Positions 37,833 to 47,330 of a stretch of 63,626 nucleotides of DNA are shown one piece after another. The position numbers and the translations under genes were made by a program. The notes below the pieces were generated by a model. It searched no databases, was not told the DNA's origin, and worked only from the letters and a program-made list of their open reading frames with translations. Within the stretch, counting starts at the first letter, position 1. Each line of letters starts with the position of its first letter. Where the stretch lies: the sequence record SRR31156797_3873. The stretch is one strand, 5' to 3'.

Positions 37833-38336
37833 ATGGAAAAAGAACTTCAATTGTTGCATTCTCGACTTCAAAAAATAGAGGAGCGTAATTTCGATTTAAA
37901 TAGCTGGAAAAAAGGAACTATAGCTGTGCTGGATTCAATACTTGGGCAGGATAATCTAAAAAGAAAATTAATTGAGGATATTGATTTCCAGAATAACAGC
38001 TGGTCGTTAAGGGATACAACCGGAGATGTTGATTCTGTTAAAAGAACTTGTGCCGATGTACTAGAAACCATTATCCTTGAACTGGAGACTTTGGGTATGG
38101 CAGAGAAAATAGTTCCTGATTCGAAACCTGAAGTAAGTAAAGGCGCAGAAATCATTAAAGAAGCACTTAGTCAGGAATTAAGTCAATCGCAATTAGATGA
38201 TGTTTTGAAGGTATTACACGATGAAAATGTGAGTGCAGACATGTTGGTGGATAAGTTTAAGCGTTTAGGTTATGAGGTGGCACCAAGGATTTTAGCCAAA
38301 CTATTATTGAATTCGGAAGTGAAAAAGAGTCTTTAA
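37833..38336 (+). CDS. Hypothetical protein
   Basis: 167-aa ORF with ATG and an A-rich initiation region; no family recognised. Confidence 0.7.
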   Translation: MEKELQLLHSRLQKIEERNFDLNSWKKGTIAVLDSILGQDNLKRKLIEDIDFQNNSWSLRDTTGDVDSVKRTCADVLETIILELETLGMAEKIVPDSKPEVSKGAEIIKEALSQELSQSQLDDVLKVLHDENVSADMLVDKFKRLGYEVAPRILAKLLLNSEVKKSL

Positions 38337-38436
38337 AGCCATAAAGAAATATAGGATCGCTTCAACGAATATGGTTTGCCGCTAAGAAAACAGTCATATT
38401 ATATACAGGCAACACTTTCCTTCCAATAAAATATGC

Positions 38437-38580
38437 TTTGTACATACGAACAAAGTTTCCCTGACGATTTTTGGGGCTTTGTACATATGAGCAAAACCAA
38501 AAAACTGAAGAAATCATGGTTTGTACATATGAGCAAATAAAGAAATCTTTTGTTTTTAAGGCTTGTCTATTGGGATAAAA
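38437..38580. repeat. Array of 18-bp imperfect palindromes with 23-24-bp unique spacers (41-42-bp period)
   Basis: TTTGTACATACGAACAAA (38437), TTTGTACATATGAGCAAA (38478 and 38520), degenerate fourth copy at 38562. Confidence 0.8.
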
Positions 38581-38617
38581 TAGGTTTGAAAGAGGAGTTT
38601 ATTTTTTTGAGTAGGAA

Positions 38618-38917
38618 TTACCCTTTCATTTTGTCAGGATCTTGTCTGGAGTCAAAAATATCGGTGATATAAATATAGTCATCGATAATTCTGTATATAA
38701 TTTTATAATGGCTTACAATTAATCTACGATGTTGTAGGTTTAGATGCGCAAGTAGCGGTTCGGTGGAACCTGCTAAGGGATGCTCGATAAGTGTATCCGC
38801 AGCGTCCAATATATTGCTTTTTATTTCGTTAAGTTTTTTAAATGAAACTTTGGGAGCAATAAAGTATAGAGCTTCTTCAAGACTAATTAGCGCTTGCTCT
38901 GTATAGATAAGCTTCAT
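38618..38917 (-). CDS. Type II TA toxin, RelE/ParE family
   Basis: 'MKLIYTEQALISLEEA', 'LIEHPLAG', 'HRRLIVSHYKIIYRI', 'ITDIFDSRQDP'. Confidence 0.9.
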   Translation of the reverse strand: MKLIYTEQALISLEEALYFIAPKVSFKKLNEIKSNILDAADTLIEHPLAGSTEPLLAHLNLQHRRLIVSHYKIIYRIIDDYIYITDIFDSRQDPDKMKG

Positions 38918-39129
38918 TAGCGACCTATATTGGCAATTCTTTTTTCAATTTCCTCCCTTGAGTATCCTCTTCCTTTTAGTATATCTTCTTCTGCTTTTAA
39001 AGCTCTACTCTCCAGTTTTTCACGTAGCGAATCTTCTTTTAAAAGCTTATTGTAGAATTCATCAATCGTCTTATCATTTGCCAAATGTAAGTGACTGTGT
39101 ATAAAATCTCTTTTTTCAATTACGTTCAT
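38917..39129 (-). CDS. Putative cognate antitoxin
   Basis: 70 aa, TAATG overlap with the toxin start, 'RALKAEEDILKGRGYSREE'; TAACTTTG -7 at 39154-39161 (minus). Confidence 0.8.
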   Translation of the reverse strand: MNVIEKRDFIHSHLHLANDKTIDEFYNKLLKEDSLREKLESRALKAEEDILKGRGYSREEIEKRIANIGR

Positions 39130-39230
39130 AACTTATGCTCTTAACATTATTTACAAAGTTAAGGATTTATATCAAGTCTTGTTTAATAAGAATAATAAAA
39201 GAGAGGTAAGCTAGGGGGGTAGGAATTAAC

Positions 39231-39914
39231 TTATTTTGTTACCAACTGATCTAATAGCGTGTGCATTGCTTGTTTGTTGGCTTCAAAATGCTTTTTGTTA
39301 GCTATAATTTGATCAACTGTTTGAATCTTTTCTCCTTCTTCAGATAGTTCCTGACCACAGTTTTCAATCATACCTAGGATGGTTTTTTCTGTTTGTTCCA
39401 GATGAAATTGTAGTCCAATTACCTTTTTGCCAATAGTAAAAGCCTGGTTTGTTACCTCAAATGTTGACGCGATGCGTTGAGCATTTATAGGTAGGTCAAA
39501 TGTATCACCATGCCAGTGAAAAACAATAGGAGAGCTATCGTTAAGTTTTAATATATCGTTCTGAATCACCTGAATTGGAAACCAACCAATTTCTTTCATT
39601 GGACCAGGATACACTTTGGCACCCATAGCAGCAGCTATAAATTGGGAACCTAAACAAATTCCCAAAACCACTTTGTTATTTTGAATAGCAGACTGGATAA
39701 ATTCCAGTTCACTTTTCAGCCAGCTGTATTTATCCGTATCGTACACACCCATTGGACCACCCATCACAATAAGCATGTCAAAGCTATCGATAGAAGGAAG
39801 CGCTTCGTTTTTATACTGTCTGGTGCAGGTTAACGAATGTTGATTGACGTCTATCCATTCCTGAATATTACCTAATCCTTCAAAAGCTACGTGTTGAATC
39901 CAATGAATATGCAT
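39231..39914 (-). CDS. Type 1 glutamine amidotransferase
   Basis: 'QHVAFEGLG', 'MGGPMGVYD', 'LGICLGSQ', 'EIGW', 'FHWHGDTF', 'LQFHLE'. Confidence 0.92.
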   Translation of the reverse strand: MHIHWIQHVAFEGLGNIQEWIDVNQHSLTCTRQYKNEALPSIDSFDMLIVMGGPMGVYDTDKYSWLKSELEFIQSAIQNNKVVLGICLGSQFIAAAMGAKVYPGPMKEIGWFPIQVIQNDILKLNDSSPIVFHWHGDTFDLPINAQRIASTFEVTNQAFTIGKKVIGLQFHLEQTEKTILGMIENCGQELSEEGEKIQTVDQIIANKKHFEANKQAMHTLLDQLVTK

Positions 39915-39931
39915 GGTATTATTATAAAGTT

Positions 39932-39980
39932 AAAGACGAAAGTATAAAGCTCATTCTATTGTCTTTATACTTTCGTCTTT
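39932..39980. terminator. 18-bp perfect stem-loop downstream of argS
   Basis: AAAGACGAAAGTATAAAG / CTTTATACTTTCGTCTTT. Confidence 0.55.
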
Positions 39981-40002
39981 TATCTTTTTTCTGAATTATT
40001 TA

Positions 40003-41922
40003 TTACATCTTTTCAGGAACATCAATTCCTAAAAGCCACATGGCATTTTTAATTGTTTTTCCTACTGATTTACAAAGTACCAAACGCATCATACGTTTGT
40101 TTTCGTCTTCTTCAAACAGTATAGGACAATCATGATAGAATTGATTATATTCTTTAGCTAAATCGTAAGCAAAGTTGGCAATTACAGCAGGAGAATATAC
40201 TCTGCCAGCTTCTTCCACAACATTCGGGAAATTGGCAATCATTCGTATCAGGTTGTTCTCTTTTTCTCCAATTTCTACATTGGTTGGTGCTTTATCAGCC
40301 ACCTCAATACCTTTCTCTGCAGCTTTACGGAAAATAGATTGAATCCTTGCGTGTGTATATTGAATAAATGGTCCGGTGTTTCCATTAAAATCAATTGATT
40401 CTTCCGGATTAAATGTCATATTTTTACGAGGATCAACCTTTAAAATAAAGTACTTTAAGGCGCCTAAGGCAATCATTCTGAAAACAGCTTCAGCTTCTTC
40501 GTCGCTATATCCATCTAATTTTCCTAACTCTTTTGACATTGTTCGAGCTGTACTCACCATTTCGTCTACCAGGTCATCGGCATCCACCACCGTTCCCTCT
40601 CTCGATTTCATTTTACCATGAGGTAATTCAACCATTCCGTAAGAGAAGTGAACCAAGTCTTTACCCCATTTAAATCCAAGCTTATCCAACAATAAAGCTA
40701 GCACCTGAAAGTGGTAATCTTGTTCGTTTCCTACTACGTAAACCATTTTATCAATGCTGTAGTCATCAAAACGAAGCTTAGCCGTACCAATATCCTGAGT
40801 CATATAAACTGATGTTCCATCCTTACGCAAAAGAAGTTTTTCATCCAGCCCTTTATCTTCAAGATTAGCCCAAACACTACCATCTTCTCTTTTGTAAAAA
40901 AGGTTTTTCTCCAAACCTTCCAGAACCATATCTCTACCTACCGTATAGGTGTCCGACTCGTAATATATTTTGTCAAAGTCAACGCCTAGTTTTTTGTAGC
41001 TCACATCAAATCCGGCATATACCCATTGGTTCATCATTTCCCATAAGGCATAAACTTCAGGATCTTTTGCTTCCCATTTTCTGAGCATCTCGCGCGTTTC
41101 CAGAATTAGAGGAGCGTTGTTTTCGGCATATTTACTAAGCTCTTCACAAGCTTTAAATTGTTCGTTTTCTTCGTCGTTTAAACCTTCTTTGGTTTTCTTT
41201 TTGCTTTTTAAAGCTGCAAATGTTTTTTTGAAATCATCTACATCTTTAATAGCCGGGTATTCCGAAACTTTTTCTTTGATAATAGTATCAATCTCGGATT
41301 TATATTCCTGATCGAATTTTACATAAAAGTCGCCGACTAAATGATCTCCTTTTTTACCTGAAGATTCCGGAGTTACGCCTTCTCCCCATTTTTTCCAGGC
41401 CAGCATCGACTTACAAATATGAATACCTCTGTCGTTTACAATGTTGGTTTTAACAACCTTGTTTCCATTGGCAGCAGCAATACGTGATAATGAATATCCC
41501 AACAGGTTATTTCGAATGTGTCCTAAGTGAAGTGGTTTGTTGGTATTAGGCGAAGAATACTCAATCATCATTAAAGGTGAGTTTTCACCTGCTGTTTTAT
41601 ATCCATACTTCTCCTGAACTACAATATCATTAATCAGATTTAACCAATAATCAGCAGCGAGTTCAAGGTTTAAAAAGCCTTTTACCACATTAAAATTAGC
41701 TACAGCGGGTTCCTGTTGTTGAATATATGCACCAATTTCGTTAGCTGTATCTTCGGGTGACTTTTTAGAGACTTTTAAAAGTGGAAAAACTACAATGGTA
41801 AAATCGCCAGTTAAATCTTTTCGTGTGATTTGAACCTGAGCTTGATTTTCGTTTATTTCCTGACCATAAAGTTCTTTTACGCCGGCAATCAATATGCCTT
41901 TTAGCTGCATTTCAATATTCAT
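40003..41922 (-). CDS. argS: Arginine--tRNA ligase
   Basis: 'EYSSPNTNKPLHLGHIRN', 'NDRGIHICK', 'KMKSREG', 'GNTGPFIQYTHAR', C-terminal 'PEKM'; TATCTTTG -7 at 41954-41961 (minus). Confidence 0.98.
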   Translation of the reverse strand: MNIEMQLKGILIAGVKELYGQEINENQAQVQITRKDLTGDFTIVVFPLLKVSKKSPEDTANEIGAYIQQQEPAVANFNVVKGFLNLELAADYWLNLINDIVVQEKYGYKTAGENSPLMMIEYSSPNTNKPLHLGHIRNNLLGYSLSRIAAANGNKVVKTNIVNDRGIHICKSMLAWKKWGEGVTPESSGKKGDHLVGDFYVKFDQEYKSEIDTIIKEKVSEYPAIKDVDDFKKTFAALKSKKKTKEGLNDEENEQFKACEELSKYAENNAPLILETREMLRKWEAKDPEVYALWEMMNQWVYAGFDVSYKKLGVDFDKIYYESDTYTVGRDMVLEGLEKNLFYKREDGSVWANLEDKGLDEKLLLRKDGTSVYMTQDIGTAKLRFDDYSIDKMVYVVGNEQDYHFQVLALLLDKLGFKWGKDLVHFSYGMVELPHGKMKSREGTVVDADDLVDEMVSTARTMSKELGKLDGYSDEEAEAVFRMIALGALKYFILKVDPRKNMTFNPEESIDFNGNTGPFIQYTHARIQSIFRKAAEKGIEVADKAPTNVEIGEKENNLIRMIANFPNVVEEAGRVYSPAVIANFAYDLAKEYNQFYHDCPILFEEDENKRMMRLVLCKSVGKTIKNAMWLLGIDVPEKM

Positions 41923-42053
41923 ATCTATATCTCTGCTTTTTTCAATAAGACTGCAAAGATAAAAAAGTTAACATTAGAATTGGGATTTAATTTTTAGGAT
42001 GTTTGTTGAAATCTGGTTATATTTAGTTAAATGTTCATCTTTAACCTAGAGTT

Positions 42054-44090
42054 ATGAATAATCTGATATCGATCTTATTAATACTTACTGAACAAAAAAT
42101 ATCCGTTTATTACCTCTTTTTTCTTATTGTTTTCTTGGTGGTTGTATTCACTTCCATCGTAAGAATAAAAGAACTTTCCCATAAAAAACATAAAGCAGAA
42201 CTGAATAAAAAACGCGAAGAAAACAGGAATTTGCATAAGAATATTCTTTATGCATCTGAATGTTATGATGTCATTCCAATACCTATGTGTACAGTTAATA
42301 TGGTGGGTGTTATCAAATCGAGTAATAGTTGTTTCAGAGAGCTTTTTGTAACACAGGATAGCTCGTTTGAATATGTTGGATTGGAAGATATTTTTCCGGA
42401 GGCTATGCTTTCTTCCTTTAAGGAAATGTGCATGGGGGAGAAAGGAGAAATGTGGTTAAAGGGTAAGTTTTCTATTAAAAAGACTGTCTATAGAGTTAAA
42501 GTAAATCAAATCCCAAAAGATAAGGATCAGTTAAGGGAATATTTGGTTTGTTTTAAGCCCTTTGTTGAGATAGAATTAAAAGATGAGCATTATTTAACAG
42601 CGAGAGGTGTATTGGAAACTTTAATTCGAAAATCGACAGTGCCTATTATGCTCATTAACAACAATGGAAAAATTTTAGTTGGAAATGAACCGCTTTGTAA
42701 AATATATGGATCATTTATGGGTAGTTTGGATGGAAGAAATATTAGTGAGATACTGCCTGTGGAATTTCAGGAAGGGATCAAGAACAGTTTTTCTGAACTT
42801 TTATCCATGTCGAAAATGAATTTCAGGGGTGCATTTTCAAGTAATAGCGGACGTTTAATTCCGGTTACAGTGGGAGTTGTGAAGGTAAATCTGGATGGAA
42901 CGGAAAATGTTGTAGTATTTGTTGATGATGTTTCTTTATTGATTAATTCCGAAAATCGATTGATTGAAGTACAGAAAAAAGCCAAACATTCAGATTTGTT
43001 GAAATCATCTTTCTTGGCAAATCTATCCCATGAAATACGAACACCTTTAAATGCCATCCTTGGTTTTAGTGAGTTGTTAAATGATCCTAGTGTAGAAGAT
43101 GCAGATCGGACAGGCTTGTTAGGTCAAATCAAGCAAAGTGGAGAATCGCTTCTGGATTTAATGACAAGTATTATCACTTTTTCACGCATATCATCCGGAG
43201 AAGTAGGGATACAAACTTCAGAGATTGAAATGGACGAATTAATGGAACGTGTGAAGAGATTCGCATCAAAAACAAAGGGATTAACTGGTAAACTGATAAA
43301 TATAAATTCTTATCACATTGATTTGCCAAAAAAAGTAAAAATAATTCTGGATGAAGATAAATTGTTTGTTGTGCTAAAAAATTTAGTGGATAATGCCATA
43401 AAGTTTACTTTTAGCGGAAGTGTAGAGTTTGGAATTGAAGAAAGGAGTGAAAGCTTTTTAAAGTTTTACGTTAAAGATACAGGCGTAGGAATACCAATTG
43501 AAAGTCGTAAAACAATTTATGAAAGGTTTGTTCAGGCTAACTTATCCAGTACAAGGGAATTCGGAGGTACAGGTATTGGCTTGACTTTGGCAGCTGAATT
43601 GGTGAGATTATTAAGAGGTTTCTTATGGATAGAGTCAACAGTTGGCGTTGGATCTTGTTTTAATATTGTTTTGCCCAAAGTGTATAGAGAAGTTGATAAT
43701 AATGGAGCGATTAAGATATTAGGTGGTGATTGTTGCAAGAAATCAATATTAATCATTGATAATAGTGAAGATGCTTTCTGTGACTTACAGGAAATTACCT
43801 GTTGTAAATCGCAACAATCTTTTTGGGCTACAAATATTAATGAAGCAGTGGATATTTTTTATTCCAATTATATTGATCTGATAATGATTAATGGAGCAAT
43901 ACCTTGCAATGAAGAGCATCGAAATCGTTTTATATCTCTGGCACAGAAAGAAGTTCCGGTATTGTCTTTTAATAAGCGAATTGAAGAGGTTAGTAACAGC
44001 AGGCATTTTAGTTACTATCCATTTACAGAGAAAACCTTAATGGGTATTTATAAAACTTATTTCTCAGTTCATAGCGTGGCCGGAAATTAA
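42054..44090 (+). CDS. PAS-domain hybrid sensor histidine kinase with a degenerate receiver
   Basis: N-terminal TM, two PAS-like regions, H-box 'FLANLSHEIRTPLNAILG', 'NLVDNAIKFT', 'DTGVGI', 'GGTGIGL'; receiver-like tail. Confidence 0.92.
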   Translation: MNNLISILLILTEQKISVYYLFFLIVFLVVVFTSIVRIKELSHKKHKAELNKKREENRNLHKNILYASECYDVIPIPMCTVNMVGVIKSSNSCFRELFVTQDSSFEYVGLEDIFPEAMLSSFKEMCMGEKGEMWLKGKFSIKKTVYRVKVNQIPKDKDQLREYLVCFKPFVEIELKDEHYLTARGVLETLIRKSTVPIMLINNNGKILVGNEPLCKIYGSFMGSLDGRNISEILPVEFQEGIKNSFSELLSMSKMNFRGAFSSNSGRLIPVTVGVVKVNLDGTENVVVFVDDVSLLINSENRLIEVQKKAKHSDLLKSSFLANLSHEIRTPLNAILGFSELLNDPSVEDADRTGLLGQIKQSGESLLDLMTSIITFSRISSGEVGIQTSEIEMDELMERVKRFASKTKGLTGKLININSYHIDLPKKVKIILDEDKLFVVLKNLVDNAIKFTFSGSVEFGIEERSESFLKFYVKDTGVGIPIESRKTIYERFVQANLSSTREFGGTGIGLTLAAELVRLLRGFLWIESTVGVGSCFNIVLPKVYREVDNNGAIKILGGDCCKKSILIIDNSEDAFCDLQEITCCKSQQSFWATNINEAVDIFYSNYIDLIMINGAIPCNEEHRNRFISLAQKEVPVLSFNKRIEEVSNSRHFSYYPFTEKTLMGIYKTYFSVHSVAGN

Positions 44091-44708
44091 CTCAAACTCA
44101 ATATCAATTAGATATTCACTATTAATATTTTGTCCGTTATAAGTAGCCGGTATCCATTCCCAATTGTTAGGAAAAGTTTTGGCTACTTTCATTACTTCTT
44201 TATCTAATAATGGATGAAGTTTTTCTTTAATAAATAAACTGGTTATCTGACCTCTTTGGTTGATTCCAATAGCTAAAACAACTTTGCCGGTAATATCTTT
44301 GGTTTTGGCCTCAACCGGATAATTAATGTGACTCACCATATACAAGTATGGTATAATTGGGCTACCATGAAATAAAACAGGAGTCTCCACATATTCTTCA
44401 GGATTGTTTTTATCCGATATCCGAACAACCTTATGATTGGTGTAGTCATATTCAAATTCAAAGTAACCTTCAAGAGAGAAATAAGCCCAACGTCCTGTTT
44501 TTTCGCCTTTGCTATATGCTCCTTGCTCAATAATAAAGTCTTTGTATTTTCTAATGTACCGTCCGTTTTTGATAGATACATCCTCTTTTAGCGCCGTGTA
44601 TTCTTCATAAAAAGCACCGTTTGTTTTGCGTATGGTTTTTAACTCCTGACAAAATACAGAAGAATAGCTAACAAGAATGAATAGTAATATAATTGTAAAG
44701 ACTCTCAA
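44064..44708 (-). CDS. TonB C-terminal domain protein (energy transducer TonB-like)
   Basis: Signal peptide; 'INYPVEAK..ITGKVVL', 'LDKEVMKV', 'WIPATYNG'; TTG start; 27-bp convergent overlap with the kinase. Confidence 0.8.
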   Translation of the reverse strand: MRVFTIILLFILVSYSSVFCQELKTIRKTNGAFYEEYTALKEDVSIKNGRYIRKYKDFIIEQGAYSKGEKTGRWAYFSLEGYFEFEYDYTNHKVVRISDKNNPEEYVETPVLFHGSPIIPYLYMVSHINYPVEAKTKDITGKVVLAIGINQRGQITSLFIKEKLHPLLDKEVMKVAKTFPNNWEWIPATYNGQNINSEYLIDIEFELISGHAMN

Positions 44709-44840
44709 CTTAAAAATATTTGAGTTATTTATCGATATATGAGGAAAAAAGACTCAAAGGCTTTAATTTCTGTGTATTATAACGTATTGAATGCTCAAAA
44801 GGTTTCCTAAACCCTTTAAGCATTCAGTAAATGACATTTT

Positions 44841-47030
44841 TTATAAATTCTTTTTAAGATAATCGCTCATCATTTGATATAAGTGCATTCTGGTATTACC
44901 TCCAAAAATGCTGTGATTTCGGTTAGGGTATACAAACATATCAAATTGTTTACCTGACTGAATCAGTTGTTCTACATATTCAATGGTATTTTGAAAATGT
45001 ACATTGTCATCCGCAGTTCCGTGAATTAAAAATAATCGTCCACTTAAGTTCTCCGTCATATTAATTGGCGAGTTTTCATCGTAACCTTTTGCGTTCTCCT
45101 GAGGTTTGCGCATATATCTTTCTGTATAAACAGAATCATAATAACGCCAATTTGTAACCGGAGCAACGGCAATCCCAACTTTAAAAATACCGTCTCCTTT
45201 ACTTAAGCAGCTTGAACTCATAAATCCACCAAAACTCCATCCCCAAATTCCAATTCGGGAAGCATCGCAATAATCCAGAGAACCAATGTATTTAGCAGCC
45301 TCAATTTGATCATCAGATTCAAACTTACCCAGATTCATATAGGTGCATTTTCTGAATTCTTCACCTCTGGCTCCAGTTCCTCTAGGGTCAACACAAGCAA
45401 CAACATAGCCTTCTGAAGCTAAATACTGTTCCCAGCCTATCTGCCACTTGTCCAGAACTTGTTGTGAATTGGGACCGCTATATTGTGTCATTAAAACAGG
45501 GTACTTTTTATTAGCATCAAAATTTAAGGGTTTTACCATCCAGCCGTTTAGTTGTATGCCCTCACTGGTTGTAAAACTAAAGAACTCTTTTGGTGAAATT
45601 TGGTAATTCTTTAATTGCTTTTTTAATGCAGTATTGTCTTCAAGAGTTCGGATTAGTTTTCCGTTTTGATCGTGAAGCGTAACCGTATTCGGAGTTGTCG
45701 TACTTGAAAAATAATTAATAAAATATTTAAAGTTCTTACTGAATATGGCAGAGTTGGTTCCTTCTTCTTGAGTTAATTGATGCTGCTTTTTTCCATCAAG
45801 ACTCACTGCATATATTTCGCGTTGCATAGGCGAGGATTTGGCAGCTTGATAATAAATTAATTTCTTTTTGCTATCATAACCATAATAATGCATTACATCC
45901 CAATCTCCTTTAGTTAACTGACGAAGCTTTAAACCGGCCATTGAAAACAGATGGATATGATTATATCCATCCATCTCACCTACGTAAATAAAATGTTTAC
46001 CGTCCTCTAAAAAGGTAAGGTTGTCTAACACTTCCTCCGAAACAAAATACTTGTTTCTATCTGTAAAGATATTTCGGCATACACCACTTGCTGTATTGGC
46101 AATGAGTAAATCAAATTGAGTTTGAAGACGGTTCATTTTAAAAATACCCAATTTACTCTCTTCGTGTGTCCATCTGATTCTTGGAATATAATACTCTTCT
46201 GAATCTTCAATTTTCATGGTTTTGGTGGTGCGGTTTTTAATATGAAACACATTTACACTCACCGTAGAATTGGTTTCTCCTGCTTTGGGATACTTGAAAG
46301 AATATTTTCCGGGATATAAAGCGAACTCATCGTAGCTTGGGTTAGATCCCTTGTACATAGGAAAAGAAAACTCTTTTACATTGGTTTCATCAAAACGAAC
46401 AAAAGCCAGTTCCATGCTATTGGGAGACCACTCGTAAGCTTTATTGTAGCTAAACTCTTCTTCGTAAACCCAATCCGGAATACCATTAATAATATGGTTA
46501 AATTCTCCATCGGTTGTAACCTGGGTAATGGTTTGGAACTTAAGTTTGTTGATGAAAATATTGTTGTTTTTTACAAAAGCTACCATCTCCCCATTGGGAG
46601 AAAAGGAAGCCATTTGTTCTTTACCTCCTTCAGAAAGAGGGGTGATTTCTTTACGAGTGATGTCATAAATATAATAATCAGCCAAGAATGATCGTCGGTA
46701 GATACTTTTTCGGTTGCTGTAAATCAATATTTTCGATTCATCTTTATTTAACTCATAACCTTGGATCTGAGTAATTGGACAGTCTTCAATGGTTGAAATA
46801 TCAACTAATACATCAACTTGTTTTCCTGTAGAATAAGCATATTTTATAATTTGGGTACCTTTGTTTTCTATGGTTGTGTAATGAAGTCCATCTTCAGTAG
46901 AAACCAAACCTCTAACCGTTTTAGGATAAAAGGTGTATTTCTTATTTAAATCTTCTAGTGATACCGTTTTCTTTTGGGCAAGTAAAGTTAACGGAAGCCA
47001 AAGGGCAATTATTATTAATATCTTGTTCAT
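44841..47030 (-). CDS. Dipeptidyl-peptidase IV (S9B)
   Basis: 'DWVYEEEF', 'YPKAG', 'GWSFGG', 'HGTADDNVH', 'NRNHSI'. Confidence 0.95.
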   Translation of the reverse strand: MNKILIIIALWLPLTLLAQKKTVSLEDLNKKYTFYPKTVRGLVSTEDGLHYTTIENKGTQIIKYAYSTGKQVDVLVDISTIEDCPITQIQGYELNKDESKILIYSNRKSIYRRSFLADYYIYDITRKEITPLSEGGKEQMASFSPNGEMVAFVKNNNIFINKLKFQTITQVTTDGEFNHIINGIPDWVYEEEFSYNKAYEWSPNSMELAFVRFDETNVKEFSFPMYKGSNPSYDEFALYPGKYSFKYPKAGETNSTVSVNVFHIKNRTTKTMKIEDSEEYYIPRIRWTHEESKLGIFKMNRLQTQFDLLIANTASGVCRNIFTDRNKYFVSEEVLDNLTFLEDGKHFIYVGEMDGYNHIHLFSMAGLKLRQLTKGDWDVMHYYGYDSKKKLIYYQAAKSSPMQREIYAVSLDGKKQHQLTQEEGTNSAIFSKNFKYFINYFSSTTTPNTVTLHDQNGKLIRTLEDNTALKKQLKNYQISPKEFFSFTTSEGIQLNGWMVKPLNFDANKKYPVLMTQYSGPNSQQVLDKWQIGWEQYLASEGYVVACVDPRGTGARGEEFRKCTYMNLGKFESDDQIEAAKYIGSLDYCDASRIGIWGWSFGGFMSSSCLSKGDGIFKVGIAVAPVTNWRYYDSVYTERYMRKPQENAKGYDENSPINMTENLSGRLFLIHGTADDNVHFQNTIEYVEQLIQSGKQFDMFVYPNRNHSIFGGNTRMHLYQMMSDYLKKNL

Positions 47031-47237
47031 TATGAAGTGTTTTGAAATTAATAGTTTTAGTAACTGGGCAAAACTAACAAAAACAAGACCTAAATCAAAT
47101 GAAGTTTCTCAGGAAGAAAGAACCTTGCTTTTCAATATTTATATCATTTTAAAAGTTCTTTATGTTCAGGGATTGAGAATTAAAGGACTTACTCGTTAAA
47201 AATTAATCATACTTATAATCTACTAGTAAATAATACT

Positions 47238-47245
47238 TATCTTTG
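47238..47245 (+). promoter_or_regulatory. -7 promoter element for the thrS operon
   Basis: TATCTTTGCCG about 85 nt upstream of the thrS ATG. Confidence 0.7.
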
Positions 47246-47330
47246 CCGCAATTTTTTAATATAAATTATAAACACTTGTTGAAGTTTGGGTGTTCGTATA
47301 ATCTGAATTCAGCAAATAATTTAATAAAAT

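Noticed and set aside
38437-38580. Bona fide CRISPR array
   Set aside because: Repeats are only 18 bp, spacers 23-24 bp, 3-4 units, with no leader or cas genes; kept as an unexplained repeat.
47268-47300. thrS leader hairpin as a tRNA-Thr anticodon mimic (AACACTT/GGGTGTT, with nearby TGT and CGT triplets)
   Set aside because: The stem is weak and the triplets are not in a convincing 7-nt anticodon-like loop.
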